DNA of 64,000 nt from the NCBI GenBank assembly GCA_963730185.1, contig CAVSQW010000002.1:1-64000 (forward strand), given 5' to 3'. The notes under the pieces were generated by a model that saw only the letters and a program-made list of their open reading frames with translations, had not been told where the DNA came from and searched no databases. Position 1 is the first letter of the stretch; each line of letters opens with the position of its first letter. The DNA comes from an uncultured Gemmatimonadales bacterium (lineage in GTDB: Bacteria; Gemmatimonadota; Gemmatimonadetes; Gemmatimonadales; GWC2-71-9). This document shows positions 27,149 through 37,877 of this stretch, piece after piece. The position numbers and the translations under genes are program-made.

Positions 27149-27445
27149 ATGATTCGCGGACTGTTTGGAGCCAACACGTTGTCGTCGATGCTGCGCGGCG
27201 GACTCGAGGAGACGAGTGCCACCCAGCGGGGGATCGGCGAGCGCGTTTCGAAGACGATCGAGACCAGCACGAGCGTCGATTTCACCAGCACCATGCAGGC
27301 GCAGCAGGCCAAGGCCCGAGCGACCGAAGCCGACCTGCAGCGCGACATGGCGTCGCTGGCCGACACCCAGCTGCGGTACGAGGCCGACGCCCAGCTCCTC
27401 AAGGAGGTCTATACCCGCCTCCGGACGGCGATCAGCCGTGGCTAG
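27149..27445 (+). CDS. flgB: Divergent FlgB-like rod protein
   Basis: Position before flgC; C-terminal DLQRDMASLADTQLRYEA; lacks ANNLAN. Confidence 0.65.
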   Translation: MIRGLFGANTLSSMLRGGLEETSATQRGIGERVSKTIETSTSVDFTSTMQAQQAKARATEADLQRDMASLADTQLRYEADAQLLKEVYTRLRTAISRG

Positions 27446-27863
27446 GATCGAAGGCGCGCCGATCACGCCGCGTCCGGAACGGACCTTCATGCGGTCGCTG
27501 GCCATCAGCTCGGAAGGGATGGCCACCCAGCAGGCGTTTCTCGACATCATCGCCGAGAACATCAGCAACGCCGACACGACCCGAACGGCCGAAGGTGGAC
27601 CGTATCGGCGGAAGGTGGCGGTGACCGTGCGCGATCCCCGCACCGGCGATCTCTCGGTCCGGGTCGTGGAGGACCAGACCCAAGGGCGGATGGTGCACGA
27701 TCCGACCCATCCCGATGCCGATCAGGACGGCAACGTGTTCTACCCCAACGTCGACATCAACAACGAGATGGTCGACCTGATGCTGGCTCGGCGGATCCAC
27801 GAGGCGAACGTCACCGCCTTCCAGGCCGCCAAGCAGATGCTCAGGCGGGCCATCGACATCTGA
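27438..27863 (+). CDS. flgC: Rod protein FlgC
   Basis: IAENISNADTTRT..GGPYRRK, DPTHPDAD..G.V.YPNVD. Confidence 0.92.
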   Translation: MARIEGAPITPRPERTFMRSLAISSEGMATQQAFLDIIAENISNADTTRTAEGGPYRRKVAVTVRDPRTGDLSVRVVEDQTQGRMVHDPTHPDADQDGNVFYPNVDINNEMVDLMLARRIHEANVTAFQAAKQMLRRAIDI

Positions 27864-27882
27864 CGCGGACGGAGCGGCATTC

Positions 27883-28161
27883 ATGGGGATCCACGGAGTG
27901 AGCGGCGCGGCCGGCGCCTACGGTCGGATCGGCATCACGCCTCGGCCGGCGCCGGGGCATCGCCCCGAGTCGGCCGCGGGGGCCGCCGGCGGGAGGTCGG
28001 CCGGCCAGTCGGGCGACGTGCGGTCGGTGCTGACCCCCGACGAGCTGGCCTACTTCTCCGAGCTCGAGAAGCTCGGCCCGCTGACCTACGGACCGCGCGC
28101 CGGCAAGGCCGACGCGGCACCCGCGCCCTCGCTGGGGCAGCGGATCGACGTCAGGGCCTGA
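27883..28161 (+). CDS. Small hypothetical protein ending LGQRIDVRA
   Basis: GGAG RBS; fills the gap between flgC and fliE. Confidence 0.65.
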   Translation: MGIHGVSGAAGAYGRIGITPRPAPGHRPESAAGAAGGRSAGQSGDVRSVLTPDELAYFSELEKLGPLTYGPRAGKADAAPAPSLGQRIDVRA

Positions 28162-28164
28162 CCG

Positions 28165-28468
28165 ATGACGGCCCCGATTGGTCCGCCGTCAGGGCATCGT
28201 CGGCCCGATCGAACGATCGGGCGGCGGGATTCCGCTTCAGGACAACGGGCCGTCGTTCGGCGACCTCTTCAAGAAGGCCCTGAACGACACCTCGGGTCTC
28301 GAGGATCATGCCAAGGACACCATCGCGTCGTTTCTCCGCGGTGACCCGGTCGAGCTCCATCAGGTCATGGCGGCGAGCGAGGAAGCCTCGATCTCGCTGG
28401 AGCTCCTCGTCGAAGTGCGCAACAAACTCACTGACGCGTATCGCACCATCATGAACCTGCAGATCTAA
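28165..28468 (+). CDS. fliE: FliE (start uncertain; possible frameshift near 28185)
   Basis: SFGDLFKKAL, VELHQVMAASEEASISLELLVEVRNKLTDAYRTIMNLQI; the ATG at 28165 is out of frame with the body. Confidence 0.85.
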
Positions 28469-29958
28469 TGGCCAACGAGCTGGTACAGAATCTGAGCGGC
28501 GCGGTGCAACGGATGCCGCCTCAACGCCGTCTGCTGATCTTCGGGTTCGTCGGGGTCCTCCTCGCCGCGGTCGCGGGCGTGGGATTCTGGGCCGCGAATC
28601 CGGAGTGGGTCGTCCTCTACAGCGACGTCTCCCTGGGCGAGGCCGCCCGGATGACCGACGCACTCGACAAGGGGGCGATCGGCAACAAGCTGGGCCCGGA
28701 TGGGACGGCGGTCCTGGTGGCCCGGGGCGATCTGGCCCGGGCTCGCGTGTTGCTGGCCAAGTCGCAGCTCCCGACCAGCGGCCGTCCCGGGTTCGAGCTC
28801 TTCGAGCAGAAGCAGGACTGGGGGATGACCGACTTCACCCAACGGATCACCTACCAGCGGGCGCTCGAAGGCGAGCTCAGTCGGACCATCGAGCAGACTT
28901 CCGGGGTGGATCGGGCAGAGGTCCACCTCACGATTCCAGAGCCGGGCGCGCTCCGCCGCCTCGACCGGCCGGCCAAGGCGGCGGTGCTGCTCAAGATGCG
29001 ACGCGGCTACCTGCCGGCGCCGGGGGCGGTCCAGGGGATCATCGCGATCGTGGCGAACAGCGTCGATCGCCTCTCGCCCGAAAACATCGCGGTGACCGAC
29101 GAGACCGGCCGGCTCCTGTCCGGCGCTACGGACGACGGCTCCATGGTCGGGGCCGCATCGCACCGGATCGAACTTCAGCGCTCGATCGAGGACTACGTCG
29201 CCAACAAGGCCGAGCAGCTGCTGGCCTCGGTGAGCGGGCTCGGCGCCCCCAAGGTGCAGGTCTCGGCCCAACTCAACTTCGACCAGGTGGAGCGGACGAT
29301 CGAGTCGTTCGATCCCGACGGCCAGGTGCTCCAGAGTGAGGGGCGGAGCGAGACCGAAGCGCCCAGCGACGGCAGCGGCACCCAGACGGTCATCAACAAC
29401 ACCTATCAGAACTCCCGCAAGCTCGAGAAGGTCGTGAGCGGCGGCACCGGCATTACCCGTCTGACGGTCGCGGTCCTGGTCGACGAGCGGGCCATCCGGG
29501 CCGACACCGTCAGCACCGAGTCCCGCGATCAGCGGCTGGCCCAGGTGTCGTCGTTGGTCAAGGACGCGATCGGCTTCGACAGCACTCGGGGCGACCGGAT
29601 CACGGTCTCCGCGGTGCCGTTCGAGGTGGCGGCGATCGACTCCAGCACCCCGCCGGCGCCGCGCGACATCGTGGGCACGGCGGAGCGGTTCGTGCGTCCG
29701 GTGATCGGGATCGTGGCGATCGCGGCGCTCCTGCTGCTGGCCTTTCGCGGGCTGAAGGCCCTGCAAGTGGCCGGAGCCCGGACCGCCCAGGCGTCGTTGG
29801 CCCAGCAGCAGGCGGCCGCGGCGGTGCCGTCCGGCGAGGCGCCGCCACTCGGGCCGACGCCGGGCGCGGTGCTGCTCAAGAACAAGGTGGTCGAGGAGAC
29901 CGCGGCCAAGCCGCAGCTGATGGCGCAGGTGGTCCGCGCCTGGATGACAGAGGGGTGA
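28468..29958 (+). CDS. fliF: MS-ring protein FliF
   Basis: GFELFEQ..WGMTDF..YQRALEGELSRTIE; two TM segments. Confidence 0.95.
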   Translation: MANELVQNLSGAVQRMPPQRRLLIFGFVGVLLAAVAGVGFWAANPEWVVLYSDVSLGEAARMTDALDKGAIGNKLGPDGTAVLVARGDLARARVLLAKSQLPTSGRPGFELFEQKQDWGMTDFTQRITYQRALEGELSRTIEQTSGVDRAEVHLTIPEPGALRRLDRPAKAAVLLKMRRGYLPAPGAVQGIIAIVANSVDRLSPENIAVTDETGRLLSGATDDGSMVGAASHRIELQRSIEDYVANKAEQLLASVSGLGAPKVQVSAQLNFDQVERTIESFDPDGQVLQSEGRSETEAPSDGSGTQTVINNTYQNSRKLEKVVSGGTGITRLTVAVLVDERAIRADTVSTESRDQRLAQVSSLVKDAIGFDSTRGDRITVSAVPFEVAAIDSSTPPAPRDIVGTAERFVRPVIGIVAIAALLLLAFRGLKALQVAGARTAQASLAQQQAAAAVPSGEAPPLGPTPGAVLLKNKVVEETAAKPQLMAQVVRAWMTEG

Positions 29959-29962
29959 TCGG

Positions 29963-31006
29963 GTGAGCATCGCCGCGCTGCCTTCGGGCAAGGCCAAGGA
30001 CGACGCGAACCTCACCGGCCGCCGCAAGGCCGCGATCCTCTGTATGGCGCTCGGTCGCGAGAAGGCGGCCGAGATCATGAAGCTCCTCACGCCGGTCGAA
30101 GTGGAGGACCTCGGCAAGGAGATCGCCACCACGCCGGCGATCGAGCACCGCGTGGTCGAGTCGGTGCTGACCGAGTTCCGGGGGGTCTTCCAGGCCGCCG
30201 AAGCCGCCGCCAACGGGGGCCTGGTGGTGGCCCAGGAGATTCTGGAGCGGGCGCTCGGGCCCCAACGGGCTCGCCAGATCCTGGACAAGATCCAGGAGCA
30301 GATCGCCGATACCGGACTGCGCCGCCTCCGGAAGGCCGCGCCCGACGTCCTGATGGGCGTGCTCCGCGGCGAGCATCCGCAGACCATCGCGTTGATCCTG
30401 GCCCATCTCGACGTGCGGCAGGCGGCCGGGGTCATCTCCGGGATGGAGCCGGAGGTCGCCTCCGAGGTGCTGTACCGGGTGGCCCGAATGGACAAGATCT
30501 CGCCCGAGATGCTGGCGCTGGTCGAGGCCGGCCTCGCCAACAAGACCGACCTGGGCCTGAGCCAGGAAATGACGACCTCCGGCGGTCCGGCGACGGTCGC
30601 CAAGCTGCTCAACCTGACCGGTGGGTCGCTGGAGAAGACGCTGCTCGAGGGCCTGGACCGGCGCGACGGCGACATCGCGACTCAGATCAAGAACCTGATG
30701 TTCGTCTTCGAGGACCTGATGCTGATCGACGGCCGAGCCATGCAGCGCCTCCTCCGCGAGTTGGACAGCAAGGAGCTGGCGCTGGCCCTCAAGGCCGCCA
30801 GCGAGGACCTCAAGGGACACATCTACTCGAACATGTCGGAGCGCGCGGGCGCCGCCCTCAAGGAGGAGCTCGAGTTCCTGGGGCCGGTCAGGGTCCGCGA
30901 CGTCGAGGCGGCCCAGACCCGGATCATCGAAGTGATGCGGAGCCTGGAAGAGCAGGGGGAGATCATCGTGGGTGGCCGGGGAGGCGACGAGGATGTCATC
31001 GCTTGA
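29963..31006 (+). CDS. fliG: Motor switch FliG
   Basis: KAAIL, EHPQTIALIL, MFVFEDL, NMSERA, GPVRVRDVE. Confidence 0.95.
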   Translation: MSIAALPSGKAKDDANLTGRRKAAILCMALGREKAAEIMKLLTPVEVEDLGKEIATTPAIEHRVVESVLTEFRGVFQAAEAAANGGLVVAQEILERALGPQRARQILDKIQEQIADTGLRRLRKAAPDVLMGVLRGEHPQTIALILAHLDVRQAAGVISGMEPEVASEVLYRVARMDKISPEMLALVEAGLANKTDLGLSQEMTTSGGPATVAKLLNLTGGSLEKTLLEGLDRRDGDIATQIKNLMFVFEDLMLIDGRAMQRLLRELDSKELALALKAASEDLKGHIYSNMSERAGAALKEELEFLGPVRVRDVEAAQTRIIEVMRSLEEQGEIIVGGRGGDEDVIA

Positions 31007-31625
31007 GCCGGTCCGTTCCGTCTCCTGGGCCACGGCCCCGAGCGAGCCGGCCGCGGCGGTCTCGTGGGGAGCCCCCGAGCTCAATGGCCGGACCCAGGCC
31101 CGACCGCACCCCGCCGATCCGCCCGATCCGGCGGAGGCGCTGGAGCAGGCCTACACCCGCGGCTTCGCCGAAGGAGCGGCAGAAGGCACCCGCCAGACGA
31201 TGGCGGAGCTGGTGCCGATCAAGGCGATGCTGAGCGGGTTGGCGCAGAGCCTGGAGCAGGAGCAGGTGATCGCCCGGCGGACCGCCGAGCAGAATGTCAC
31301 CGCCCTGGCCATCGCGGTCGCCCGGTGGCTGTACCAGAAGAAGGTCGCCTCCGATCCCGAGCTCATGAAAGAGCTGATCGGTCGGGCGGTGCAGCTCCTC
31401 CCCTCGGCGTCGAGCGTGGAGGTTCGGGCCTCGCCCGCCGATCTCGAGGCGCTGGGCAGCTCGCTGGACTTCATGGAAGCCGACGGACGGCCGCTCCCGC
31501 TCCATTGGGTGGCCGACCCGTCACTCGAACGCGGCAGCTTCACCCTGGCGGGCCCCGCGCGGCTGGTGGACGGGCGCGCCGATCTGGCCTTGCGGAGTCT
31601 CTATGAGCGACTGGCGGGCGAGTGA
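30993..31625 (+). CDS. fliH: Export apparatus FliH
   Basis: AYTRGFAEGAAEG repeats, DPSLERGS; position. Confidence 0.8.
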   Translation: MSSLEPVRSVSWATAPSEPAAAVSWGAPELNGRTQARPHPADPPDPAEALEQAYTRGFAEGAAEGTRQTMAELVPIKAMLSGLAQSLEQEQVIARRTAEQNVTALAIAVARWLYQKKVASDPELMKELIGRAVQLLPSASSVEVRASPADLEALGSSLDFMEADGRPLPLHWVADPSLERGSFTLAGPARLVDGRADLALRSLYERLAGE

Positions 31626-32944
31626 CGCCGCGGTCGCGATCTCCGCGACCCCCCGATTCGCCGTACACGGCCGCGTCACCCGGGTCATCGGGCAGGTGGT
31701 CGAGGGTACCTCGTTGGAGGTGGCCGTGGGCGAGGTGTGCCGGATCATCGTGAGCCCGACCGCCGGGATTCTCGCCCAAGTGGTGGGCTTTCACGATCGA
31801 GGCATCCTGCTGATGCCGTTCGGCGATCTCGACGGCATCCATCCCGGCGACGTGGTGATCCCCCTGGGGCGGTCCCTGTACGCCGATGCCAGCGAACGGC
31901 TGGTCGGACGGGTTCTCGACGGGCTGGGCCGGCCGATCGACAGCGACCGGTCGCTCGGTGTGGTCCGTCGCTATCCGCTCGTGGCCGAGCCGCCGGGTCC
32001 GCTGGAGCGTGAGCCGATCGCCGCGCCGCTCAGTACCGGCGTGCGCGCGATCGACGGCTTCCTGACCCTGGGCCGGGGCCAACGGATCGGGATCATGGCC
32101 GGGAGCGGCGTCGGCAAGAGCGTGCTCCTGGGGATGATCGCCCGTCACACCAGCGCCGACGTGAACGTGATCGCGCTGCTCGGCGAGCGGGGCCGCGAGG
32201 TCCGCGAGTTCATCGAGCGGGATCTCGGGCCCGAGGGTCTCAAGCGGAGCGTGATCGTGGTTGCCACCAGCGACCAGGCCGCCGTGATCCGGGCCACCGG
32301 GGCGCTGGTGGCCACCGCCATCGCCGAGTTCTTCCGCGACGCGGGGCTCGAACGTGATGCTGATGATGGACTCCGTCACCCGGGTGGCGATGGCCTGGCG
32401 CGAAGTGGGACTCTCGGTCGGCGAGCCGCCGACCACCAAGGGCTATCCGCCGTCCGTCTTCGCCCAGCTGCCCCGATTGCTGGAGCGGGCCGGCACCGGG
32501 AAGCGGGGGAGCATCACCGGCCTCTACACCGTGCTGGTCGAGGGCGACGACTTCAACGAGCCGGTGGCGGACGCCGCCCGCTCGATCCTGGACGGGCACA
32601 TCGTGCTCAGCCGGAAGCTGGCCAACGCCAAGCATTTCCCCGCCATCGACGTGCTCGACAGCGTGAGCCGGGTGCGCGACCAGGTAATCGATCCGGAGGA
32701 CCGCGAGGCCGCCAACCTGCTGCTCCAACTCGAGGCGACCTACCGGACCCAGGAGGACCTGATCACGGTCGGCGCCTACAAGTCCGGCACCGACGCGGCC
32801 CTCGATACGGCGGTGGCCGTCAGGCCCGAGTTGATCGAGCTGCTTCGGCAGCGACCGGAGGACGGCTGCCGGCTGGAGGAGACGGCCGCGCGGGTCCGTG
32901 CCCTTGCCGCCAAGGTCGAGCAGCAACTCGGAGGTGGGGCATGA
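31603..32944 (+). CDS. fliI: Export ATPase FliI, +1 frameshift at ~32350
   Basis: [18 protein letters not shown], then [19 protein letters not shown] in the next frame. Confidence 0.9.
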
Positions 32945-33390
32945 AATCGTTCTCCTTCCGGCTGGACCGGATTCTCCGCTTGCGCGAGCAGGCCGAGCAG
33001 GGCCGGGCCCGCACCTTCGGCGCCGCGGCCCGGGAGGAGGCCTACCTGGACCGGCTGGTTCAGGACCAGGCCGACTACCTGGCATCGATCGGCGACCGGC
33101 TGGCTCCCAAGTCCGGCGAGCCAATGAGCGCTGGGTGGTTGCGAGTGCTGACCCTCACGGCCGCGGCGGCCCAGCAGCAGCTGGAAGACACCGAGAAGTC
33201 TCGGGAGGATGCCCGGACAGCGGCCGACGAGGCCCGCGCCCGGCTGGCCGAGGCCCGGGTCGAGCGGCGGAGCCTGGAACGGCTCCGCGAGAAGCAGCAG
33301 GCGGCCTGGGGCCTGGAGGCCCGCCGCGACGAGCAGAAGACCTTCGACGAGATCGCCGGACGGCGGCGGCCTGGAGGCGGTGAGGCGTGA
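32941..33390 (+). CDS. fliJ: Export protein FliJ
   Basis: [20 protein letters not shown]. Confidence 0.85.
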   Translation: MKSFSFRLDRILRLREQAEQGRARTFGAAAREEAYLDRLVQDQADYLASIGDRLAPKSGEPMSAGWLRVLTLTAAAAQQQLEDTEKSREDARTAADEARARLAEARVERRSLERLREKQQAAWGLEARRDEQKTFDEIAGRRRPGGGEA

Positions 33391-33893
33391 AGCAGGTGTT
33401 CCTGCTGGGGATCGTGGCGTTCGCCTTCGCCATCGGTGGAGCGACTTGGGTCTCGGCTTATCTGCTGCCGCCGCCTCCGGCGCCGGTCGTGGACTCGACG
33501 GCGAGCGGGGCCCCGGCCTCGGACGGCACGGTCGCTCCGGCGACCGCCCGGGCCGGGTCGGCGCCGTCCGATACCGGTCGGCCCAAGGCCGGGGGGCCCG
33601 ACACCTCGTCGGCCGCCGCGGCGGCTCTGAAGGTCGCCGCCCCCGCGCCGGCTCGCGATTCCATGCCGCCCAACGTCAAGACGGTGGCCAAGATCATGGT
33701 CGCCATGAAGCCGAAGGACGCGGTCAGCATCATGGCCCGGCTCTCGGACAAGGAAGTGGAACAGATCCTTCGCCAGATGAACGCCAAACAGGTGGCCGCG
33801 CTGCTCGCGGTCCTGCCCCAGGAGCGCGCGGCCGAATTGAGCCGGCGACTCCTGCTGGATTCCCCACCGGTCAAGAACGGAGCGACCCCATGA
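33387..33893 (+). CDS. MotE/MgtE-N-like flagellar membrane protein
   Basis: N-terminal TM; AMKPKDAVSIMARL..QILRQMNAKQVAALL. Confidence 0.75.
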   Translation: MKQVFLLGIVAFAFAIGGATWVSAYLLPPPPAPVVDSTASGAPASDGTVAPATARAGSAPSDTGRPKAGGPDTSSAAAAALKVAAPAPARDSMPPNVKTVAKIMVAMKPKDAVSIMARLSDKEVEQILRQMNAKQVAALLAVLPQERAAELSRRLLLDSPPVKNGATP

Positions 33894-35547
33894 GCGCCCC
33901 CATCGCGACGACCCCGTCGTTCGTGTCCGAAAGCCGGGCGGCTCCCCGAGCAAGCGACGCCGCCGAGGGCGGGCCATTCGGGAAGGTCCTCGGCTCGGCC
34001 CTGCTGGAGGCGGCCGGCTCGTCGGAGGATCGGCAACAGCCCGGCCTCGCGGCCCTCACGGCGGTGGCGCTGTCGCTGGCCAAGCCGGCGGCCGCACCGC
34101 AGGCATCGGGCGCGAAGGTCGACCTCGGTGTCGACCTCGTGCTCGCCAGCGAGTGGCAGCCGGACCAGGACCCGTCGGCCGCGGGCGAGCTGAATACCGA
34201 CCTGACGTCGGCGACGAATGGATCCGCCCCCGACGAGGGTGTGCCGCGACCCGCGGGGCCGCCGCCTGCCGGTTCGGCCCGAGCCGCTGCCGGGACCGAC
34301 ATCCCGCTCACGCTCGAGAAGGGCCTCGAGCTCTGGGTCCGGCGGATCGCCAAGGGGGCAACCGTTGCGGCGGCGCCGGGACAGGGCGCCGCCGCAGGGC
34401 GGACGGCAGAGGCGGCGCCCGACGCGCCGTCCGCTGGGAGCGAACCGCTCTGGCTCGGTCCGGCCGCCGCCGGCGATGCCCAGGCGTCCAAGGCGCCCTC
34501 CCGCGAGGGGGTCGGGTCGTTCGTCCGACCGACGATCGACGGAGGACTGGACGCCGAGAGTCTGATCCAGGTCATGGCATCCAGGGTTCACGCGGTCGAG
34601 ATCGCGGGCTTCAGCTTTCCGATGCCGAGGGAGTTGGCCACGCCGGTCCCCGAGTCGGTCGCGGCGGTGCCCGGGGCGGACCAGGCTCTCCCGTCGGCGG
34701 GCGGGTCCGGAGCCAGCGGGCCCGCCCTGGCGACGGCGGCGGATGCCGCGCTCGCGGTCCGTTCGCGGATCGTCGAGCTGGAATCGCGCGGTAGCGGGGC
34801 CGACTCCACTCGGCGAGCTCGCCACGGCGCGACCGGGGCGGGGAAGCCGAGTGACTCGGCCACGGCGGGTCAGGGGGCCACGCTCCCGATCGAGACCGGC
34901 CGGAGCGGCGGTGACGACGCCAATCCGCGCCGCGACGGCCGGTCGGGCGACGGGCGGGACGGTGCTCGGCCGGAGGTGGGGGGGCGGCACCCGTCCCCGG
35001 CGGAAACACCACTCCGGGACACCCGGCCCCGGTCCACGTGGCCGACGCCGCCCCGCGGCCCCTGGCCACCGCCCCGACGGTCGCCACCGGCGACCCTCGC
35101 CCGGCGGCGGCGCCGGAGCCGGCCCGGCCGATGCCCCGCATGGAACAGGTGACCGTGGACCTCAAGGACGAGGCGGGGGATCACGGACGGCTCCGGCTCA
35201 GCGTGCAGGGATCGTCGCTTCGGGCGACGATCCTGCCGAACGACCCGGAGCTGGCAACCCGGCTCAACGACGGGCTTCGCGAGCTCCGCCAGAACCTGAG
35301 CGATCGGGGCTTCGCGGCCCCGCGGATCTCGGTCCAGGGTCCCCGGGTCGCCGACGGTTTGCCCGGGCTGGCCCCGCTGGGCCGTGACACTTCGGCGGTC
35401 AGGCTCGAGTCGCCCGGGACGGAACGGCAGTCGAGTAGTGATTCGCGACGGGACCCGTCGCAGCAGTCGGCAGAACAGCGCCGCCAGGGGGGACGGTCGT
35501 CCGACCGCCAGACGCCCGGACGGCAACCGCGTGGGAGGTGGGCATGA
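33890..35547 (+). CDS. fliK: Hook-length control FliK-like, frameshifted (probably at G7 run 34978-34984)
   Basis: Long low-complexity N-part; C-terminal GRLRLSVQGSSLRATI..LRELRQNLSDRG domain in another frame; precedes flgD. Confidence 0.7.
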
Positions 35548-36203
35548 GCTTTCCCTTGGCCGGTCTCGGCAGCTCGGCGGCCAGCACGGCGACGACCGCG
35601 ACCGGCGGTCGAACCGACATCAATCGGGATCAGTTCCTTCAGCTGCTGGTGACTCAGCTGAAACACCAGGACCCCTTGAGTCCGCTGCAGCCCGACCAGT
35701 TCGCGGCCCAGCTGGCCCAATTCGCGACGGTGGAGCAGCTGAACACCCTGAACGACCACTTCACGGCCCAGTCGGCCGCTCAGGCGCAGGGAGCGCTGGT
35801 CGACCAGACCGCCCTCGGTGCGTCCCTCATGGGCCGGACGGTCCAGGCCCAGGGCAACGGCGTGGCGGTGGGCAGCAACGGGATCGCGTTATTGCCGGTG
35901 GACGTGGGCGGCAGCGGGGGCTCGGCCACGGTGCATTTCTACGACGGCACCGGTCGGCTGGTCGCCACCAAGGCGGTCGGCCAGGTGGCGGCGGGGTCGC
36001 AAACCCTGTCGGTCGCGCCGGGACTCCCTGCCGGCAACTACACCTATGACGTTCAGGTCGACGACGGGAGCGGCAATGCCGTTCCGGCCACGACCTTCAT
36101 GCAGGGCGTCGTCGACGGCGTCCTCTTCGAAAACGGCGCCATCGTGCTCCGCGTCGGCGGCACGAAGGTTCCACTCACCAAAGTCACCGAGATCACGAAC
36201 TAA
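35544..36203 (+). CDS. flgD: Hook cap FlgD
   Basis: FLQLLVTQLKHQDPLSP..FAAQLAQF. Confidence 0.93.
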   Translation: MSFPLAGLGSSAASTATTATGGRTDINRDQFLQLLVTQLKHQDPLSPLQPDQFAAQLAQFATVEQLNTLNDHFTAQSAAQAQGALVDQTALGASLMGRTVQAQGNGVAVGSNGIALLPVDVGGSGGSATVHFYDGTGRLVATKAVGQVAAGSQTLSVAPGLPAGNYTYDVQVDDGSGNAVPATTFMQGVVDGVLFENGAIVLRVGGTKVPLTKVTEITN

Positions 36204-36221
36204 CCAAGGAGCAATGGTCCC

Positions 36222-37574
36222 ATGATGCGAGCCCTCTTTGCCGGCGTGTCCGGGCTCCGGAATCACCAGGTCCGGATGGACATTATCGGCAACAACATCG
36301 CGAACGTGAATACCGTGGCGTTCAAGTCGTCGCGGGTCACCTTCGCCGAGTCGTTCAACCAGCTGATCCAGGGCGCCACCCGACCGCCGGCGAATTCCGG
36401 CGGCCGCAACCCGACCCAGATCGGCAACGGCATGAACGTCGCCAGCATCGACACCCTCTTCACCCAGGGCACGGTGCAGAGCACCGGCGTCAAGACCGAC
36501 GTCGCAATTACCGGCAACGGCTTCTTCGTGACGAAGGGCAACGGCCGGACACTCTACACCCGGGCGGGCAACTTCCAGTTCGACGCCAACGGCCGGCTGG
36601 TCGCCCCGGCCAACGGGTTCATCGTCCAGGGCATCAACGCCGACCCGCAGGGCAACTTCTCGTCGTCGTCGGCCGTAACCGGGATCGATCTCTCGCTCAA
36701 CCAGAAGTCGCCGGCCCGAGCCACGACCTCGCTCACCATCGCGGGCAACCTGGACCTGAACCAGCCGCTGACCCAGACCAACCCGACCCCGGTCGCCCAG
36801 ACCCACCAGATGTCGATCACGGTCTACGATACGGCCGGCCAAGCGCACAACCTGGTCATGAGCTTCGATCAGGTCTATACCGGCACGCCGCCGGCCACCA
36901 ACAATACCTGGCAGTTCTCGATGACCTCGGCCACGGCGACGGTGGAGGCGATCGACAATGCGGGCACCCCCAACACCGCCGCGATCGACACGGGGCAGGG
37001 GCTGGTCACCTTCAACGCCAATGGCCAGATGACCGATTTCAGCAACGGCCTGGTCCAGCTCTCGACCGAGCCGGTGCGGATCCGGGTCACCCCGAACTCG
37101 GGCGGTACCCCGTTCGACGTGACTCTCGATCCGGGCCAGCTCAACGACATCAACGGCCTGTCCCAGTTCTCGAACCCGTCCAACGCGGTGTTCACCAGCC
37201 AGGACGGGTACACCAGCGGCGACCTCCAGGACATCTCGATCGACTCGACCGGCGTCCTGACCGGCTTCTACACCAACGGTGTCAGCCGTCCCGTGGCCCA
37301 GCTGTCGCTGGCCGACTTCAACAACCCGACCGCGCTGCTCCGGCGGGGTGACAACATGTACGAGCCCTCGGCCAACTCGGGCGTCGCCGTCCTTGGCTTC
37401 GCCGGGTCGAGCAACACCTCGACCATCACCGCCGGGGCGCTCGAATCGTCCAACGTGGACCTCTCGGAGCAGTTCACCGAGATGATCACGGCCCAGCGCG
37501 GGTTCCAGGCCTCGGCCCGGGTCATCACGACCTCGGACGAGATGCTGACCGAGCTGGTGAACCTCAAGCGGTAG
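36222..37574 (+). CDS. flgE: Hook protein FlgE
   Basis: IGNNIANVNT, YTRAGNF, LESSNVDLS..QRGFQA. Confidence 0.95.
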   Translation: MMRALFAGVSGLRNHQVRMDIIGNNIANVNTVAFKSSRVTFAESFNQLIQGATRPPANSGGRNPTQIGNGMNVASIDTLFTQGTVQSTGVKTDVAITGNGFFVTKGNGRTLYTRAGNFQFDANGRLVAPANGFIVQGINADPQGNFSSSSAVTGIDLSLNQKSPARATTSLTIAGNLDLNQPLTQTNPTPVAQTHQMSITVYDTAGQAHNLVMSFDQVYTGTPPATNNTWQFSMTSATATVEAIDNAGTPNTAAIDTGQGLVTFNANGQMTDFSNGLVQLSTEPVRIRVTPNSGGTPFDVTLDPGQLNDINGLSQFSNPSNAVFTSQDGYTSGDLQDISIDSTGVLTGFYTNGVSRPVAQLSLADFNNPTALLRRGDNMYEPSANSGVAVLGFAGSSNTSTITAGALESSNVDLSEQFTEMITAQRGFQASARVITTSDEMLTELVNLKR

Positions 37575-37811
37575 TCCGGCATTGACGGGGAGCGCCGGCG
37601 CCCGGCAAAGGGCGCCGGCGTGACCCACCGGTCGGGCGGCACACCCAGCCGCTGCCGGCCGCCCGCTCGGCAAAAGCGTCCGCGCTCGAATCGGCACTTC
37701 CTTCCCGCCCGCCTCCGGCCGTCCGGGCCTGACCCCGATCCAATCAGCTGAAACTGTTGTCGCGCAATGGGTTGAAGGTCTGGCGCCCAACGCGATTTCT
37801 GCCCCTTCCGG

Positions 37812-37826
37812 TGGCATGTGGGTTGC
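37812..37826 (+). promoter_or_regulatory. Sigma54 promoter of fliL operon (TGGCATGTGGGTTGC)
   Basis: Near-consensus -24/-12; ftr-like sites at 37603-37682 upstream. Confidence 0.8.
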
Positions 37827-37877
37827 CCTTTGCCGCAACCGGCAACGTCATCCGTTCACGCGCACCATCCGGGCATC

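Noticed and set aside
31603..33390. Apparent FliI-FliJ fusion ORF (595 aa)
   Set aside because: Produced by the frameshift at ~32350; the middle part is nonsense and the real FliI C-half lies in another frame.
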